In this document: in pieces, positions 28,274-36,650 of the stretch
Position numbering within the stretch: the stretch's first letter is position 1
Layout of the letters: the number at the start of each line of letters is the position of its first letter
Assembly (NCBI GenBank): GCA_947259585.1
Contig: CAMYMV010000002.1
Span: forward strand, 3,925-67,924
Length of the DNA: 64,000 nt
Origin: an uncultured Gemmatimonadales bacterium
Lineage (GTDB): Bacteria > Gemmatimonadota > Gemmatimonadetes > Palauibacterales > Palauibacteraceae
Direction of reading: 5' to 3'
Made by a program: the position numbers and the translations under genes
The notes under the pieces: generated by a model
Told to the model about the DNA's origin: nothing
Databases searched by the model: none
What the model saw: the letters and a program-made list of their open reading frames with translations, nothing else

Positions 28274-28542
28274 TCTGCCAGAGTCACCTCGTCGACCACG
28301 CCGACGATGACCGCGCGTACTGCGCCCGGATCCAGGTCCAGGATCTGACGTGCGCCATTCCCTTCGTCGATCACCAGGACCGTGTCGCCGGGACCGGCCT
28401 GAGCCACGTCCACAGCGATGTCGTAGTCCCCGCTCTCCCGGCCGTCAAGGTCGAGCTGATCGACGAGCAACAGCCGTCGGCTCTGGAGGTGGGAGATCTT
28501 GATCGTAGAGACGACGGACCCCGCCACGCGGCCGATATACAT
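28270..28542 (-). CDS. BMC vertex protein BMC-P (EutN/CcmL/PduN family), paralog 3
   Basis: MYIGRVAGSVVSTIK...LLLVDQLD...VAVD..QAGPGDTVLV..G: canonical EutN_CcmL pentamer motif. Confidence 0.85.
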   Translation of the reverse strand: MYIGRVAGSVVSTIKISHLQSRRLLLVDQLDLDGRESGDYDIAVDVAQAGPGDTVLVIDEGNGARQILDLDPGAVRAVIVGVVDEVTLAE

Positions 28543-28544
28543 GG

Positions 28545-28865
28545 TCAGGCGTCCTCCGCCACGCGGTGCCAGGTAGCGGTCGGTCCGGGGGCGTCCCCCG
28601 CGGTGTCGACTTCATCCACGAGTCCCGTGATCGCCAGGTCCACCGGTACGAACACCTCCGGGAGCGCCTGGGCGCCCTCGCGACTGGCCACCATGAACAC
28701 CAGGTGGCCGGGACCCGCCTGGGCGGTGGCATCGGCGGCCACCTGGGGCTCGCCCACAGGACTCAGCTCACGGTCCAGCGGCTGAACGACGAGGAGCTTG
28801 ATGCCCGCGAGCCCCTCGTACTTTCGGGTCGCCACGACCGTACCGATCACGCGCCCGAACTTCAC
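28545..28865 (-). CDS. BMC vertex protein BMC-P (EutN/CcmL/PduN family), paralog 2
   Basis: MKFGRVIGTVVATRKYEGLAGIKLLVVQPLD...AADATAQAGPGHLVFM. Confidence 0.8.
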   Translation of the reverse strand: MKFGRVIGTVVATRKYEGLAGIKLLVVQPLDRELSPVGEPQVAADATAQAGPGHLVFMVASREGAQALPEVFVPVDLAITGLVDEVDTAGDAPGPTATWHRVAEDA

Positions 28866-28899
28866 CGCGCTCTCCCCGGCACGCCCTCGAGAGGTCGCC

Positions 28900-29490
28900 T
28901 CACAGGTCTCTCAACACGCGGGCGCCGAAGCGACTCGCGTCCGAAACGTTCTCCCACATCTCGGCGTGCAGCTGCGAGATGACGACCTGTCGCACGAGCA
29001 GATCCGGCCGCTCCAGCGCGCCGACGCCGATCTCCACGGCGGCTTCCACATCGGCCACGAGCCCGGAGTAGAGGACGATCCCCTTTCCGCCGAGGCCGTC
29101 GGCCAGGCGGACCTCGACCAGGCGAACATCGGCCCCTTTCACTCCCGCATCCGCGGCGTGGATCGCCGAGGCGACGGTGGTCGTCTCGACGACGCCCAGA
29201 GCGTCCGCGGTGCCTGGCACCCGGCCGCCGCCGATGGCGTCCACGACCTCGGAATGAACGTTGGGAAGGAACACGAGGTCGAGGACCGTATCTCCGCCTG
29301 CCTCGCGTCCCGCATCCAGCGACTCCTGGACTTCCGCGACGGTACCGCCGATCAGAACGAGATAACGGCCCGGCTGCACCGTCCCGGCCCGGATGACGGC
29401 GATATCGGCCCGCTTGACCATGGCGTCGGCCGCCTCGATGCCTACGGCGATGCTGCTGAAGTCGATGAGGGCGAGGGCCGGGTCGATCAT
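28900..29490 (-). CDS. BMC-T shell protein with tandem BMC domains (PduT-like, no Cys)
   Basis: Two successive PF00936-like BMC domains: [26 protein letters not shown]...GG, then ALGVVETTTVASAIHAADAGVKGADVRLVEV...GLGGKG. Confidence 0.75.
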   Translation of the reverse strand: MIDPALALIDFSSIAVGIEAADAMVKRADIAVIRAGTVQPGRYLVLIGGTVAEVQESLDAGREAGGDTVLDLVFLPNVHSEVVDAIGGGRVPGTADALGVVETTTVASAIHAADAGVKGADVRLVEVRLADGLGGKGIVLYSGLVADVEAAVEIGVGALERPDLLVRQVVISQLHAEMWENVSDASRFGARVLRDL

Positions 29491-30953
29491 ACGATTCGGA
29501 ACGAGTCCTTCAGCACGCAGCGGCGGATACGGCTGAAGCTGATCGGGTTGGTGATTCCCTCTCCCGTCGGGCTGGCGATCGTGAAGGAGCAGAAGCCCTC
29601 GCCGCCGTAGCCGAGTCCGTCGAAAGACGCGCCGTTCTTGACGAAGATGCTGCAGTCCATCTCACGTGCCATCCGGCTCAGATGGTCCAGGTTCTTGGAG
29701 TGCATGACGGCGGTGTGCCTGAACCCGTGCTCCGCGGGCTTGGCGAGATCGATCCCCTCGTCCGCGTCCCGAACTCTCACGAGCGGCATGATCGGCATCA
29801 TCTGCTCGGAGAAGACGAGCGGGTCGTCCCGGTCCACCTCGGCCAGCACCAGCCGCACATCATCGCTTGCATCGATTCCGATCTCGGCCAGAAGCACCCC
29901 CGCGTTCTTGCCGATAAAATCGGCGTTCATCGTGCCGTGCCGTCCGGGCGATGGCGTGTCCTTGAACAGGGAGCCACGCAGCCGCTCCAGCTGGCGGCCG
30001 TCGATCTCCACCGCCCCGTGCGCGCACATGGCCGCCTTGAGGTCGTCGGCGATCGAGTCGGCGGCGAAGACCTCCTTCTCGTCGGTGCAGATGATGTTGT
30101 TGTCCAGCGAGGCTCCGCGGACGATGTCGCGTCCGGCCTGCGCCAGATCGGCGGTCTCATCCACGACCACGGGCGGGTTGCCCGGGCCGGCGCAGATCGC
30201 GCGCTTCCCGCTCTGCATCGCCGCGCGGACGACGCCGATGCCTCCCGTGACCACCAGGAGGTTGACCCCCTTGTGTCCCATGATCTGGCCCGCTGTCTCG
30301 ATCGTCGGCTCGGCCGTGGCGCAGACCAGGTTGGCGGGACCTCCCGCCTCGACGACGGCGTCGTTGACCAGCTGAACCGTCAGGTTGGAGCACCGCTTGG
30401 CTCCGGGATGGGCGTTGAACAGGACCGCGTTGCCCGCCGCCAACATGCTGACAGCGTTGCACACCACGGTCGAGATCGGGTTCGTGCTCGGGATGATGGA
30501 GCCGATGAGCCCGTACGGCGCGAACTCGACCACCGTGAGCCCGCCGTCGCCGCTCCAGGCGCGCGTGTCGAGAAACTCGGTACCCGGAGCCTTGTTCGCG
30601 TTCAGGAGGACCTTCTCGATCTTGTCCTCGTAGCGACCCATTCCGGTCTCCGCCCACGCCTCGTAGGCCAGGCGTTGGGCGTTCTCGCGCATCGTCCGGC
30701 GGACGTGGGCGATCATCCGCTCGCGGACCGAGAGGGGAAGGTCCTGGAGATGCTCGTACGCCCGCCGCGCGGCGTCTACCGCCGAGTCAACGTCGGGAAA
30801 CAGGTTGTCGCCATGGCGCAGCTCGGTCGGGGCGGGTGGCGGCTCGACCGCCTGCTTGGGCTCGGGCCTCGGGCCGTGCCCGACCCGTTGACCCTGCCGC
30901 AGCTCGGACATCACACGTTCGATGACCGCGTCGATCTCGGCCGCTTCCATCAT
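29487..30953 (-). CDS. CoA-acylating aldehyde dehydrogenase (EutE/PduP family) with N-terminal encapsulation-peptide-like helix
   Basis: ALDH fold with catalytic Cys in [12 protein letters not shown] and a GAG nucleotide loop. First 20 residues ([20 protein letters not shown]) form an amphipathic helix, as in BMC-targeted PduP. Confidence 0.9.
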   Translation of the reverse strand: MMEAAEIDAVIERVMSELRQGQRVGHGPRPEPKQAVEPPPAPTELRHGDNLFPDVDSAVDAARRAYEHLQDLPLSVRERMIAHVRRTMRENAQRLAYEAWAETGMGRYEDKIEKVLLNANKAPGTEFLDTRAWSGDGGLTVVEFAPYGLIGSIIPSTNPISTVVCNAVSMLAAGNAVLFNAHPGAKRCSNLTVQLVNDAVVEAGGPANLVCATAEPTIETAGQIMGHKGVNLLVVTGGIGVVRAAMQSGKRAICAGPGNPPVVVDETADLAQAGRDIVRGASLDNNIICTDEKEVFAADSIADDLKAAMCAHGAVEIDGRQLERLRGSLFKDTPSPGRHGTMNADFIGKNAGVLLAEIGIDASDDVRLVLAEVDRDDPLVFSEQMMPIMPLVRVRDADEGIDLAKPAEHGFRHTAVMHSKNLDHLSRMAREMDCSIFVKNGASFDGLGYGGEGFCSFTIASPTGEGITNPISFSRIRRCVLKDSFRIV

Positions 30954-31249
30954 CCGTCACGAGCCTTGTCGTACTTCACGTCGCCGTCGACCTCGAGGGT
31001 GTCGACGATCGCCATGATCACGCCGTCACAAGGGCGCCGGTCCGTCATCTCGGTCTGTCGGGCGGCGCTACCCGTGGCGTACAACACGACCTCGCCCATG
31101 CCGGCTCCGATGGCGTCCGCCGCGACGCGGTAGCCCGACGTCTTCTTCCCTTCGACGTCGAGCTGCCTCAGAACGAGGAACTTCAGGCCCTCGAGAGAGG
31201 GTTCCTTACGTGACGCGACGAGCGTTCCGACCACTCTTCCTAGCAGCAT
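30950..31249 (-). CDS. BMC vertex protein BMC-P (EutN/CcmL/PduN family), paralog 1
   Basis: [31 protein letters not shown]...[21 protein letters not shown]. Confidence 0.8.
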   Translation of the reverse strand: MLLGRVVGTLVASRKEPSLEGLKFLVLRQLDVEGKKTSGYRVAADAIGAGMGEVVLYATGSAARQTEMTDRRPCDGVIMAIVDTLEVDGDVKYDKARDG

Positions 31250-31255
31250 CGGCCG

Positions 31256-31582
31256 TTACTTCTTCGAGGTCTTGGACGCCTGCCCTCCCTGGCGACCCAG
31301 CGGCAGGGTACGATCCACGTTGCCGTGCGGGCGCGGAATCACGTGAATGGCCACGAGCTCGCCGACCTTCTCCGCACCGCGGGCCCCGGCCTCGACCGCC
31401 GCCTTCACGGCGGCCACATCTCCGCGCACGACGGCGGTCACGTACCCTCCGCCGATCTTCTCGTAGGCAACGAGGTCTACCTTGGCCGCCTTAACCATGG
31501 CGTCCGCGGCCTCGACCATCGCCGGATAGCTGCGCGTCTCGATCATGCCCAGCGCTTCGACCGCACCGTACTCCTCAGCCAT
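31256..31582 (-). CDS. BMC-H hexameric shell protein (PduA/EutM/CcmK type)
   Basis: Canonical BMC domain: [58 protein letters not shown]. Confidence 0.9.
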   Translation of the reverse strand: MAEEYGAVEALGMIETRSYPAMVEAADAMVKAAKVDLVAYEKIGGGYVTAVVRGDVAAVKAAVEAGARGAEKVGELVAIHVIPRPHGNVDRTLPLGRQGGQASKTSKK

Positions 31583-31669
31583 TCGTCCCTCCCGACGTGG
31601 GTTGTTTCCTCATGCTCCACACATCATCCAGTACTTGCTTCAGTTATTGCTTCAGATCCAGGTCGTGCA

Positions 31670-32308
31670 TCAGGTCCGTCGCTTCGTATCCACCACCCGT
31701 CCTTCGACGCCCTCGATGGCGGCGACGGCCGCTCCGTATCCGGCCATGATGTCTCGCTCCTCGCCGCCCAGGTACACCCGCCCGAAGCTTCCGAACGCGC
31801 GGACATCCAGGATGTTGATGTCCGCTTCCTTCTCTGCCTCGTTGGCGGCGAGCGACGCGTATCCGGCCGGCTCCACCTCGAGGACGTAAAGGGTCTGGCC
31901 GGCCAACAGCATGTGGCCGAAGCGCATGCGGTTGACCAGCTGTACCTGGTGGGCGTCGACGTGACGGATGATCTGGCTCGACACGACCCTCGGCTTGATC
32001 CGGTCCGATTCCTGGACCTCCAGGGCCTGCAGGATCGCCGCGCCCGCCGCCCGGACTTCCGCCTGTATTTCGTGGTGGACCTCCAGCAAGCCGAACAGGC
32101 GCTCGACGATCTGCATCCCGGGCCGGACCCGGGTGGATTTGAGCGCGATGTCGGTGATCCGGTTGATCTCGATTCCGGGCGAGATCTCAACCCAGAGTGA
32201 CGTGTCACCCGGAAGCGGGAGGAATCCGCGCGCCACCGTTCCCAGGTATGCCGCGTGCTGCGGCTGGAGGCTGTCGAGAAAAACGTAGGTGCGGAGATCA
32301 ACAGTCAT
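31670..32308 (-). CDS. Probable permuted tandem-BMC shell protein (EutL/PduB-like BMC-T)
   Basis: Two BMC-like half-domains: [20 protein letters not shown]..., and [56 protein letters not shown]. They resemble the EutL C-terminal repeat (ATYGIDAALKSADVQLATY). Lacks the PduL RHIH motifs and class II aldolase motifs. The assignment is an inference. Confidence 0.55.
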   Translation of the reverse strand: MTVDLRTYVFLDSLQPQHAAYLGTVARGFLPLPGDTSLWVEISPGIEINRITDIALKSTRVRPGMQIVERLFGLLEVHHEIQAEVRAAGAAILQALEVQESDRIKPRVVSSQIIRHVDAHQVQLVNRMRFGHMLLAGQTLYVLEVEPAGYASLAANEAEKEADINILDVRAFGSFGRVYLGGEERDIMAGYGAAVAAIEGVEGRVVDTKRRT

Positions 32309-32317
32309 GGGAGCTCC

Positions 32318-33187
32318 TCACGAGTCAGTTCCCTCCACGATCTTCACGCTCGCACTGGCGCCGATTCGGGTGGCGCCGGCTTCGACCATTCTTTGCACGT
32401 CCTCGCGGGTTCGAATCCCGCCGGACGCCTTCACGCCGATCTTTGGCCCGACCACGCGACGCATGAGTGCCACGTCTTCCGCCGTCGCGCCTCCGGGGCC
32501 GAATCCCGTGGAGGTCTTCACGAAGTCTGCGCCGGCGACCTTGGCGAGCTGGGAGGCCGCGACCTTCTCATCGTTCGTGAGCAGTGCGGCTTCGATGATC
32601 ACCTTCAGGATACCCCCACCGGCGTGGACCGCCGTGGCGACGGAGGCGATGTCATGCTCCACGAGCTCGTAGTCACGTGACTTCAGCGCCCCGACGTTGA
32701 TCACCATGTCGACCTCTTTGGCGCCGTCGCGCACCGCTTTCTGCGCCTCGAACGTCTTCGCCTCCGTGGAGGTGGCGCCGAGCGGAAAGCCGACGACCGT
32801 GCAGGTGAGCACCTCGCTACCCTTGAGGAGATCGGCGCACAGTTTCACATGGGATGGGTTCACGCAGACCGACGCGAAGCCGTGCTTGCGCGCCTCGTAG
32901 CACAGCTGCGCGATCTCGTCGTGGGTCGCGTCGGGCCTCAGGAGCGTGTGGTCGATGAGATGGCTCAGGCTCCCGTCGGCGGGCACGATGCCCAGGGTGC
33001 TGGCGACCCGATCGGCGCCGGCCTTGACCACCGGCTGCACTCGATCGACGTAGTTGCGTCGTGAGAGCGGCGTCTCGAGGCCCGATGCCTCGCCGCCGAC
33101 GTCCAGACGGCCCTCCTCGACGAGGACCATCACCTCGTGCGTGATCTGCTCGATGATGCGCTCCAGCGTCGCCTCGTCCAACTTCAT
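32318..33187 (-). CDS. deoC: Deoxyribose-phosphate aldolase (DERA) with ~75-aa N-terminal extension (putative encapsulation peptide)
   Basis: Core is collinear with DERA ([20 protein letters not shown], catalytic Lys in [20 protein letters not shown]). N-terminal [26 protein letters not shown] is amphipathic and absent from free-standing DERAs. Confidence 0.9.
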   Translation of the reverse strand: MKLDEATLERIIEQITHEVMVLVEEGRLDVGGEASGLETPLSRRNYVDRVQPVVKAGADRVASTLGIVPADGSLSHLIDHTLLRPDATHDEIAQLCYEARKHGFASVCVNPSHVKLCADLLKGSEVLTCTVVGFPLGATSTEAKTFEAQKAVRDGAKEVDMVINVGALKSRDYELVEHDIASVATAVHAGGGILKVIIEAALLTNDEKVAASQLAKVAGADFVKTSTGFGPGGATAEDVALMRRVVGPKIGVKASGGIRTREDVQRMVEAGATRIGASASVKIVEGTDS

Positions 33188-33230
33188 CGCCCGAGACTCC
33201 CGGCGGGCCCGTGCCTGCCCCTGCTCACGC

Positions 33231-33980
33231 TCATGCTCTTAGGAACCGACGCTCGATGTCCATGATCTTCCCCACGCGCCGGGCGTGGCGCTCGCCGCCG
33301 GAAGGCGTGCGAAGCCAGGTCTCGACGATCCGCCGGCTCAAGCTCGGGCCGGTCAGGCCGGCGCCGAGCGTCAAGACGTTGGCCGCGTTGTGCTCCCTGC
33401 TGTTGACCGCCGTGGCCTCATCGTAGCACATCGCGGCTCGGATACCGGGCACCTTGTTCGCGGCCATGCAGGACCCGATCCCCGCGCCGTCCACCAGGAT
33501 TCCCCTCCACGCCTCGCCCCGAGCCACCAGTTGGGCCACCGACAGAGCGATATCGGGGTAATCGACCGATTCCGTGCTGTCGGTGCCGCAGTCGAGCACC
33601 TCGTACCCCAGCTCGCGTATCTGCGTCTTGAGACCCTCCTTCAGCTCGAATCCGCCGTGATCCGCTCCGATGGCGACGCGCTTGGACCCGGCGGGCCCGG
33701 AGGAGGCCGCCTCGAGGGCTGCCGGGAGTGGCCGTACCGGAGCGGATGAGCCCGCACCTCCGGCGGGCAACAGCGTGATCCGTCGCTCCATCGCGGCCTG
33801 ACGGGCCAGCGGAGTGACCATCGGGCTGGCCGGAAGCATGAACTCGCCGCCGGCAGGGACGTCGTGCAGGTCCTGCTGAGTAATCAGGGTCCGACCAGCC
33901 GGCCCTTGAGGATGGGTCTTCCCCACGGTCCGGTAGACGACCCGGCGAACCATCTCGCGGACCCGCTGCTCGTCGGTCAT
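33231..33980 (-). CDS. rpiB: Ribose-5-phosphate isomerase B (RpiB/LacAB family) with ~100-aa N-terminal extension
   Basis: C-terminal 150 aa match RpiB ([52 protein letters not shown]). N-terminal extension contains an amphipathic helix [17 protein letters not shown] plus a conserved-looking [39 protein letters not shown] segment. Start taken at MTDEQ to avoid overlap with tetR. Confidence 0.8.
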   Translation of the reverse strand: MTDEQRVREMVRRVVYRTVGKTHPQGPAGRTLITQQDLHDVPAGGEFMLPASPMVTPLARQAAMERRITLLPAGGAGSSAPVRPLPAALEAASSGPAGSKRVAIGADHGGFELKEGLKTQIRELGYEVLDCGTDSTESVDYPDIALSVAQLVARGEAWRGILVDGAGIGSCMAANKVPGIRAAMCYDEATAVNSREHNAANVLTLGAGLTGPSLSRRIVETWLRTPSGGERHARRVGKIMDIERRFLRA

Positions 33981-33982
33981 CG

Positions 33983-34699
33983 TCACCAGTAGCGCCATCC
34001 GGAAGCGTCAGCCGTTTCCGCCGGTTCCGCCGCCTCGACCGGTTCCAGAAACGAGTCTCCCTCCGCCGACCTGAACGCCTCCGCGGGTTCGCGGCGTGAG
34101 TAGCTCGCCAGCAGCCGGAAATAGGAGCGAAGCTGGGCCACGGCGGCGTCAAACGGATCCACGGAACCGGCCGCCCGGGCCTGCATCACTCCCCCCTCCA
34201 TCACGGCAAGGACCAATCGGGACAGGCTCTCCCGGTCGAGTTGGGCCGGGAGTCGGTCATCGGCGGCCGCGAGCCATGTCTGAACGCGGCCGGTCCATGC
34301 CGCGAAGTATTCGTTCATGAGAGCTCTCGCCCTCGGTTTTCTGTCGCCGAGCTCCAGAGCGAGGTTGCCGACGGGGCACCCTCTCGTGCATCCGCTGACC
34401 AGCAGTCCTCGCCGGTAGACCTCCAACAGGGCGAAAACCCGCTCGATCGGGTCGGAGCTCGCGCCCTCGGCAGGCAGGAGGATAAACGGCTCGAGAAGAG
34501 CGAGATGCCGCTCCAGGACGCCGATCAACAGGGCGTCCTTGCCCGGGAAGAAGTGATAGAGACTGCCGCTGTTGACGCCCGCGCGACGCAGTATCGTGGA
34601 GATACCCGTCGCCGAGTAGCCCTGCTCGTGGAAGAGTCGGGCCGCTTCCTCCAGAATCCGCTCTCTGGTCTCGGATTTCGGCGTCATTTGATTGAGCAA
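33983..34699 (-). CDS. TetR/AcrR family transcriptional regulator, first gene of the BMC operon
   Basis: N-terminal HTH RERILEEAARLFHEQGYSATGISTILRRAGVNSGSLYHFFPGKDAL. Likely true start is the ATG at 34687 (MTPKSE...); the listed start is a TTG at 34699. Confidence 0.85.
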   Translation of the reverse strand: MLNQMTPKSETRERILEEAARLFHEQGYSATGISTILRRAGVNSGSLYHFFPGKDALLIGVLERHLALLEPFILLPAEGASSDPIERVFALLEVYRRGLLVSGCTRGCPVGNLALELGDRKPRARALMNEYFAAWTGRVQTWLAAADDRLPAQLDRESLSRLVLAVMEGGVMQARAAGSVDPFDAAVAQLRSYFRLLASYSRREPAEAFRSAEGDSFLEPVEAAEPAETADASGWRYW

Positions 34700-34703
34700 T
34701 CAA
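34688..34703. promoter_or_regulatory. AT-rich inverted repeat TTGATTGAGCAATCAA abutting the tetR start codon (putative TetR operator O1)
   Basis: 7-bp perfect arms with a 2-bp spacer. AT-rich in a 68% GC genome. A second near-identical copy lies 116 bp upstream. Confidence 0.5.
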
Positions 34704-34803
34704 TAAACATTCCGGGCAATTCGACGGTTCAGAGCACCTGTCGAGAGAGATTACGCCCGTGCGCCCGACTCCCGGTCAACAGGACCCCGACGAGAGCCAT
34801 GGC

Positions 34804-34819
34804 TTGATTGATCAATCAA
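34804..34819. promoter_or_regulatory. Perfect 16-bp palindrome TTGATTGATCAATCAA (putative TetR operator O2) in the tetR upstream region
   Basis: Perfect palindrome. Both copies are followed by similar ~20-nt flanks (TAAACATTCCGGGCAAT vs TCATAATTCGCGGCAAAT). Confidence 0.5.
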
Positions 34820-34888
34820 TCATAATTCGCGGCAAATGTCAAGTCGCGGGTCGGATTCGGCCCGCTGGATCAGGTGCACCAAAGCGTC

Positions 34889-35464
34889 CTACCCGGAATC
34901 CAGCGCTCGACGCGCCGCCAGTGCCTCCGTATACCATAGGAGCTCGTCGATGAAGCGTTCAGCGCTCTTCTCGTACGCCGGATCCTCGGTCTCTCCCTCC
35001 TCATCGAAGCTGGATTGGACCTGCCTCACCGGAAACTTCGCCGGGATGGGAAGGGCGCCCAGCGAGAGAACCACCTGGCGGAGCTGGGTAAGAGCGCTCA
35101 GGCCGCCCCACGGCCCCGCCGACACGCTGATGATGCCGACGGGCTTCCGGCGGTATTCGGGGAGCAGGTGGTCCAGCGCATTCTTGAGCACTCCCGGATA
35201 CCCGCTGTTGTACTCCGGCGTGACGATCACCAGCGCATCGGCGCCGGCGATCCGTTCGCTGAACTCCGTCAGGCCGGGGGGTGGGTCGTCACGCTGCCGC
35301 AGTCGCTCCTCCATGATCGGGAAGTCGTATTGCGCCAGGTCGAGGAGGTCGGACTCGATCCCGTCCCTCTCCGCGAGTCGCCGCTGTATGAAGCGGGCCA
35401 CCTTGGGGGTCTGACGGCCGCGCCGCGTGCTGCCTACGATCACCGGTATGTTGAAAGCTCCCAC
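34889..35464 (-). CDS. NAD(P)H-dependent FMN reductase family oxidoreductase (YieF/ChrR/ArsH-like)
   Basis: PF03358-like flavodoxin fold: IPVIVGSTRRGRQTPKVARFI..., LVIVTPEYNSGYPGVLKNALD. Confidence 0.85.
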   Translation of the reverse strand: MGAFNIPVIVGSTRRGRQTPKVARFIQRRLAERDGIESDLLDLAQYDFPIMEERLRQRDDPPPGLTEFSERIAGADALVIVTPEYNSGYPGVLKNALDHLLPEYRRKPVGIISVSAGPWGGLSALTQLRQVVLSLGALPIPAKFPVRQVQSSFDEEGETEDPAYEKSAERFIDELLWYTEALAARRALDSG

Positions 35465-35550
35465 GGAAGCCGCTCCTCCACCTTGAGTTGTCCGAGTCCT
35501 CGAGCCGACTATGGGTCGAGAGAGTTCAGCCGGAGCCGGCCGAAAGGGGG

Positions 35551-36090
35551 TTACCAGCTCCCGGGCTCCCCGCCCGGATCTCCGAGTTTCCGGAACGACG
35601 GGGCCTCGGGATCTCGAACGCTGCAGTTCGCCTCGAACCGAAGGGTGGTACCCCCGTCGGGCCGATCGCCGCTCTTGTACATGTCGTACGTGAGCAGGAC
35701 CGGAGCGCTGTTCCTAACGAAGCTGCCGGGCACGACATCGACCTCCATCGTCAGCACGCCGCCCGCCGAGGCGGGGCGGGGAATCCACGCGACGCCCGCG
35801 TCCGACCGGATCACGACCTCGTCGGTGTCCTTCCACTTTCGAAGGCTCACGTTCACCATATTGTATCGTCCGCCGGTCGCCTCACGGGTGACTCGGTTCG
35901 CCTCCGTCGTAAAGCCGAGCTCGGGCCGCGAGGCGTCGTCACAGAGGATCCGGATCTTGTATTCGTTCTCCTCGGTCCGAACAACCGCAGACCCCTCCGA
36001 CAGCTCGCGCCGCGACTCGTCCTGGGCAGCCCCGACCGAGGGTGTGAGCAGCAGCACCGACAACACCCAGAGCGAGTTTCTCATAGTCAT
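35551..36090 (-). CDS. Hypothetical secreted protein
   Basis: Signal peptide MTMRNSLWVLSVLLLTPSVGAAQ. No motif recognised. Confidence 0.45.
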   Translation of the reverse strand: MTMRNSLWVLSVLLLTPSVGAAQDESRRELSEGSAVVRTEENEYKIRILCDDASRPELGFTTEANRVTREATGGRYNMVNVSLRKWKDTDEVVIRSDAGVAWIPRPASAGGVLTMEVDVVPGSFVRNSAPVLLTYDMYKSGDRPDGGTTLRFEANCSVRDPEAPSFRKLGDPGGEPGSW

Positions 36091-36650
36091 GTCAGTTATC
36101 CGTGTTCTTGGCTTTGAACGCGCCGGTGACCCTCACGCTTCTTTTGCGGCCGCCGCACGCAGTTCTAACACTATTAGGTTGCCGTCGAGCGTGCCGGTGT
36201 CGTCGATGTGCCCAACGAGGTAGGACCCGCCCGAGGTCTCGTTCAGATAGCTGGCGCACCAATAGCGCCTTGCGTCCTCTGGGTCTACATCGGGTTCGTC
36301 GTCTCCGCGAGCACCCCCCTGCTGTTTTCTGCGGCGGTCAACCTCGACAGGCCGCGGCAACGCTGCTCCAGCGGCTCCTGCTCCTTCGCTGCTTCCTCCC
36401 ATCCACCGCGACGCGTTCACAAGCGAAAGGAACTCAGCAGCATGCCAAGACGATGCACGCCAGTCTCACCGTGGCAAGCCGGTGCGCGACATTACCCGCG
36501 GGCGAGTGTTCTGGCGGCCACGACGGCGGTAGCTTTTCGTTACCGCGGCCGTCGCGTGGAAGGGCGCGGAGTCGCTCACCTGACCGGGGTGGGGGGAGGG
36601 GTCAGCGAAGAGGCCCCCGGACGTACTTTCCGAACACGAGAGAGACGAAG

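Noticed and set aside
36102-36650. N-terminal 183 aa of the listed M16 peptidase ORF, and antisense ORF 36133..36420
   Set aside because: Arg-rich. No RBS. A signal peptide begins at the internal MRTERAIS.
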